Source: Octopus vulgaris
Taxonomy: Eukaryota
Direction: 5' to 3'
Assembly: GCA_951406725.2 (NCBI GenBank)
Contig: OX597822.1
Location: 75,454,001 to 75,518,000 of the forward strand
Length of the DNA: 64,000 nucleotides
Part shown: positions 58,774-64,000 of the stretch, piece by piece
How positions within the stretch are numbered: position 1 is the stretch's first letter
Layout of the letters: each line of letters opens with the position of its first letter
Notes under the pieces: generated by a model
The model's input: the letters and a program-made list of their open reading frames with translations, nothing else
The model's database searches: none
What the model was told of the DNA's origin: nothing
Translations under genes and position numbers: made by a program

Positions 58774-59628
58774 GTAAGTAAGGCCGAGCAAGCAATCAGT
58801 ATGTTGTAACCATTAAGAATTCCAAGCAAAATATCAACAAGTACAATTTCAAAATATGAATATTCATTTTAGTATATAAATATATAATGTCCATAACTAG
58901 AGATGCAAAACTTCTGTCTTTTGGAAACGAAGCTCCCTGCAATGTACACTGGCGATTAGTTGGAACTTGTACATAATTAATGCTTCTATGAAAGAAATTT
59001 GTAGTTTAGATGATGTAAATAATTTTGTTAAATTTCCAAGAGAGATTCATGTGGGCGATGTACTTTTAAGGAAAAGATGTCTTATAAAATATATCTTCAA
59101 TTTGTCATACGAGGGAAGGAAATTGCTTTGTATACAGAGAGATACGTGGTTACGAAAGAAGATAAGAGATTTTTGAAGGACATTTAATGAATGTATAAAA
59201 AAAACCCATTCAAGTCAGAAGTAAGTTACATGAATTCGCAAGATACAAGAGATACACCGTGAAAGTGAGGGTAGCTTATACATACATGATTTTTCTTTGA
59301 TTTTAATTCCAGTTTTTGAGAGAGTTCAAGCCGGTTGCTAACGAAGCGACAAGGCATTTAAGCTGGTAGTCCTCGATGTCTGTGAACATGTGGTTGAGTT
59401 GGTGTGTTGGTTGAACTGCCGCTGCATACACCCAAATATCTGCATCTATGCACATAAGAATCTCACACGGAGAATTTCTGGAATCTCCTGCTGTGCTGCT
59501 AATAGATTGGTTAGTGTATGTATGTATGTATGTATGTATGTATGTATGTATGTATGTATGTATGTATGTATGTATGTATGTATGTATGTATGTATGTATG
59601 CATGTATGTATGTATGTATGTATGTATG

Positions 59629-59903
59629 TGTTATGTCGCAATACTACACAGTGGCTGTGTGAGCTACGCAATTCTCGTCGCTACTGTTACATCGCACGTT
59701 CGGATGACCTCTACTCAACTCTACTACTCTACTGACATCTAGGCTTCTCCCTCTATATCTACGTATTGGGATTGGGCTAGTCTTCTTCATCGTCTGGGGG
59801 CGTCCATACAACAGTATGTATGGTGCATACTTGAATACGTGTCGGGAGATATTTCTCTCAACATGAAATAAATGGTTGTCCGATTACCCCACGAATATTA
59901 ACA
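59629..59903 (+). mobile_element. Candidate solo LTR (275 bp)
   Basis: TGTTA...TAACA termini, AATAAA near the 3' end; no TSD visible because flanks are microsatellites. Confidence 0.5.
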
Positions 59904-59920
59904 CACACACACACATATAC

Positions 59921-60002
<82 letters not shown>

Positions 60003-60480
60003 CTGTGTGTGTGTGACAGTAGTAGAACACACAACACACTTGTCCAAGATGCTGCGCAATGGAACTAAATACGAAACCGTTTGGTGGAGAACTAAGCTTC
60101 TCAAACCCAGAGTCATATCGTCGCTACGCATAACTTTCATTTACGTACAGACTTAAAGAGTAAACAATATACAATATAAGGCGATGAAATAGGAAGAACT
60201 AAAGTTGGTTATTTCATTGACTTGAGTCATAAACATGAGACAGAAAAGATTATTTTTGGCATTCTTTTCTGATTTGTATTTCCATAATTTCTTTATAACT
60301 TTATCTATACATCAAGGAAAACGACACAAAAATTAGCAGAGCACACGTCAATAAATAAATGTTGGTTCACAGTTGTGGTGAGTCGACAATGATGCTCTGT
60401 TTCGCCCCCATAAATCTGAAAGATGTTACATTCATACATACACTTTCAAATATACAGAATCATACATGCACATACAACAG

Positions 60481-60511
<31 letters not shown>

Positions 60512-60641
60512 TGTATGTATGTATGTATGTATGTATGTATGTATGTATGTATGTATGTACGTACGTATGTATGTATGTATGTATGCATGTTTTCATGTAT
60601 ATCTATATATATATATGTATATATATATATGTGTGTATGCA

Positions 60642-60678
<37 letters not shown>

Positions 60679-60751
60679 ATATATATATAGATATAGATAT
60701 ATGTATATATATGTATATGTATATATATGTATATGTATATATATGTATATG

Positions 60752-60844
<93 letters not shown>

Positions 60845-60857
60845 GTACATATACATA

Positions 60858-60917
<60 letters not shown>

Positions 60918-61823
60918 ATGTAACAAAAAGTATATATACTACTCATACAGAAAGACGAAAGGAGACACATTCTAGATCTGTAAATATTCCAACCAAACAA
61001 GAAGCTTCTGGGGAATCTTTGATTTATCTTCGAACAGCAATATCGTCTTTCGCGTAGCCATTATTATATTGATGTACCTCATAGGAAAGTTTTAATGAAA
61101 AACTAAGTTATGTGGATAAAATCCCACATATTACGCAATATATTTGAATCTGGAAAGCATTTTAGTGTTATCAGCGACACAATCTAAAAGTCACTGTCGA
61201 CATCACCAGGAATTTCCTGGCACTGATAAGACACAATCTTTCTGCTGTGCAAAATGGAAGTCATAGCTTTGTGGTTGCAATAATGAAACCGCAATCATAT
61301 ATCCGGTGTATCCACTATTCATTAGCGTACTTCTATCTCTGAAAAAAAATTATCTACCTGTTCAATTTCAAATAAAGTCATGTAGAGATCAACTATAAAC
61401 ATGACGGACAGAATTGAAAGAAATTATAGAGTTCTTGCTAGGAACAATTTCAATGGTAACTTCCTTTAACTTCTTCGCTCATTGCAGATGATAAAACGTC
61501 AATTAAAATTTCACATCTGTGTCACAATTTATCTCAAAGCCTACACCTTCCAATACTCTGAAATATTGTCGGTAGGACAACCGAATTCGTTTACTCAATA
61601 TAAATCTGGAGTCTGATCAAGTGAAATATTATAATTACTGAAGTATTCTGCAATATTTAAGACTAGAAATATTGTGCTGTTATCGCGATCTGAATGGGTT
61701 TCTCATGTTTACGAATGTATATATATATATATATATAGTTGAAATTTACAGAAAAACAAAAGACAAATACCGGTGCATTGGTTTGAGGCTTGGGAACGTG
61801 AAAACGTCTTTTACATTTCGAGC

Positions 61824-61889
<66 letters not shown>

Positions 61890-61910
61890 TTATATGCGTG
61901 TGTGTATATG

Positions 61911-61947
<37 letters not shown>

Positions 61948-61994
61948 ATACGTATGTATATATGCATGTATGTATATATATATATATATATATC

Positions 61995-62405
61995 CTCTTT
62001 TACTCTTTTACTTGTTTCAGTCATTTGACTGTGGCCATGCTGGAGCACCACCTTTAGTCGAGCAAATCGAACCGAGGACTTATTCCTTGTAAGCCTAGTA
62101 CTTATTCTATCGGTCGCTTTCGCCGAACCGCTAAGTTACGGGGACGTAAACACACCAGCGTCGGTTGTTCAAGCGATGCTGGGGAGACAAACATAGAAAC
62201 ACAAACATACACACACACACACATACATACATACATACATACATACATACATACATACATACATACATACATACATACATACATACATACATACGACAGG
62301 CTTCTTTCAGTTTCTGTCTACCAAATTCATTCACAAGTCTTTGGTCAGCCCGAGCCTATAGTAGAAGACCGTAACCCAAGCTGCCACGCAGTGGAACTGA
62401 ACCCA
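61995..62405 (-). mobile_element. SINE family A
   Basis: Reverse complement of family A, head truncated. Confidence 0.9.
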
Positions 62406-62865
62406 TTTTTTACCGGATTTTGCAGAGTTTTGACGTTTCTTAAAACATTTTTTTTTTTTGCAATTTTCTGATAATAGTCACAGACTTGCTCAGATGCATC
62501 AATAAATTTCACATTGATATTTTTTCACCTTTGTTTCAATCATCTAAATATGGTTGGAGAGAAAATGCCTGTCACCTGATGTATATGGAAAAAGATGGAA
62601 GGCTGTGGCGAGTTTGTTGCGAATGAACCCACATTGTATATCCATAAGGTTTATACCAAAGGTTACAGTCGAAGCAAAACCCGTCCCCCACTTCATTGTT
62701 TGTGTATTTATTTTGCTTATCATTTGTTTATCATTCTACTATATAAATTTTTAACTTCATCTCTGAGTAAAAATCATATGCACCATCAACCTTTCTCTCA
62801 TTTGTACCGTCCCTCTATGTCAGGCCCTCTTGTGGGCAATAAAGAAAACGTTGTTACAATCATCT

Positions 62866-63075
62866 GAAATAGAACTTTCAAAGCGTGATATTCGAGCACT
62901 TTTACTATTCATCTCCAAAAAAAAGATGCAAAGCAGCTGAAACTACTCGCGATATCAGCGAAACTTTTGGTGAGGATTTGAACAGTCAGTGATCTGCTTG
63001 AAAATGGTTTAAACGATTTCGCAGTGGCGACCTCAGCCTTGACGATCAAGAGTGTAGTGGAAGCTCCTCTGTTAT
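62866..63075 (+). mobile_element. Mariner transposase N-terminal remnant
   Basis: ELSKRDIRALLLF...KAAETTRDISETFGED...KWFKRFRSGDLSLDDQECSG across frameshifts. Confidence 0.8.
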
Positions 63076-63642
63076 TGCTGTTATTGTAAAAATAACCGAT
63101 TTCTTATTTTCTTTTCAAATTTATCAAATTTCTTTACCGATATTGTGTCATCTCTTCGCTATGAAGTGAAGTATGAGAGTTCCAGATAGTGGAAGGTAAT
63201 CAATGATATTTTCGGTGTAACGGTAGTTAGATTAAATAAGGAAACATTACTTCATTGAAAAATATAAGCCAAAATTTAACCATTTCTAGCAATTTCTAGC
63301 AATAAAGAAAATTACCTCATTGGAAAAAAATATAAAGCAAAACTTAACCACTTCTGACCTTCTATTCTTTGTAAACCAAATCATGCTAAATTAATAAAAA
63401 ACAGTCATTCCCAACATTTTTTATTATCTCCCTTATACCGAAAATGTCCCTGATTACCTTCCCCTGTCTGGAACTGTCATACTTCACTTCATAGCACAAA
63501 ATTTTATACACAAAATTTTATAACATTTTCCTGACATTTTAAATATATTCTTTAACGATATAAAACAAGTCTTCTGTAGTTTTGTCCCTCTATTTTGTCT
63601 TTTATACATCAAACCACACGACTTCACATTCCAACTTTCTCA

Positions 63643-63687
<45 letters not shown>

Positions 63688-63711
63688 CATGTCTGTATAT
63701 ACATATACAGC

Positions 63712-63768
<57 letters not shown>

Positions 63769-63792
63769 TGTATATGTATATACAGACATGCA

Positions 63793-63832
<40 letters not shown>

Positions 63833-64000
63833 TTCTTATGCTGGTGTGTGAGTCACTTTATTTAAGTATACTCGTAGCTGTGTACTTGTTTGTAACTCTC
63901 TCTCTTTCTATAGTGAGAGAGAGAGACAGAAAGACAGAAACAAGAGAGACAGAAACAGGCAGAAACAAGGAAAATGCCGCATGTATTTGAATACTATGCA

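Overview
AT-rich, repeat-saturated eukaryotic genomic DNA, most likely an Octopus (cephalopod) intergenic or intronic region, judged from its tRNA-derived SINE families and very dense (TA)n, (CA)n, (TATG)n and (TATC)n microsatellites. Almost all ORFs in the track are microsatellite artefacts. The only long genuine ORF (47299-48798) is the reverse transcriptase of a 5'-truncated CR1-group LINE. The window also holds many SINEs of three families, RTE and Tx1/L1 LINE remnants, Tc1/mariner remnants and MITEs, two Helitron-type elements, a Kolobok-like MITE, a possible solo LTR, and a few possible decayed host exons (perhaps TRIM-like). The most striking signal is non-coding: about ten minimal type I hammerhead ribozyme (HHR) motifs in several unrelated repeat families. 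A tandem-plus-inverted array at 39.4-40.4 kb has a 367-nt cleavage-to-cleavage monomer with the HHR at the tip of a long rod, as expected for a retrozyme/viroid-like circular RNA. A sequence-unrelated 365-bp rod-shaped element at 27.45-27.82 kb has the same architecture with a variant core. All calls were made by eye; no folding, alignment or database search was run.
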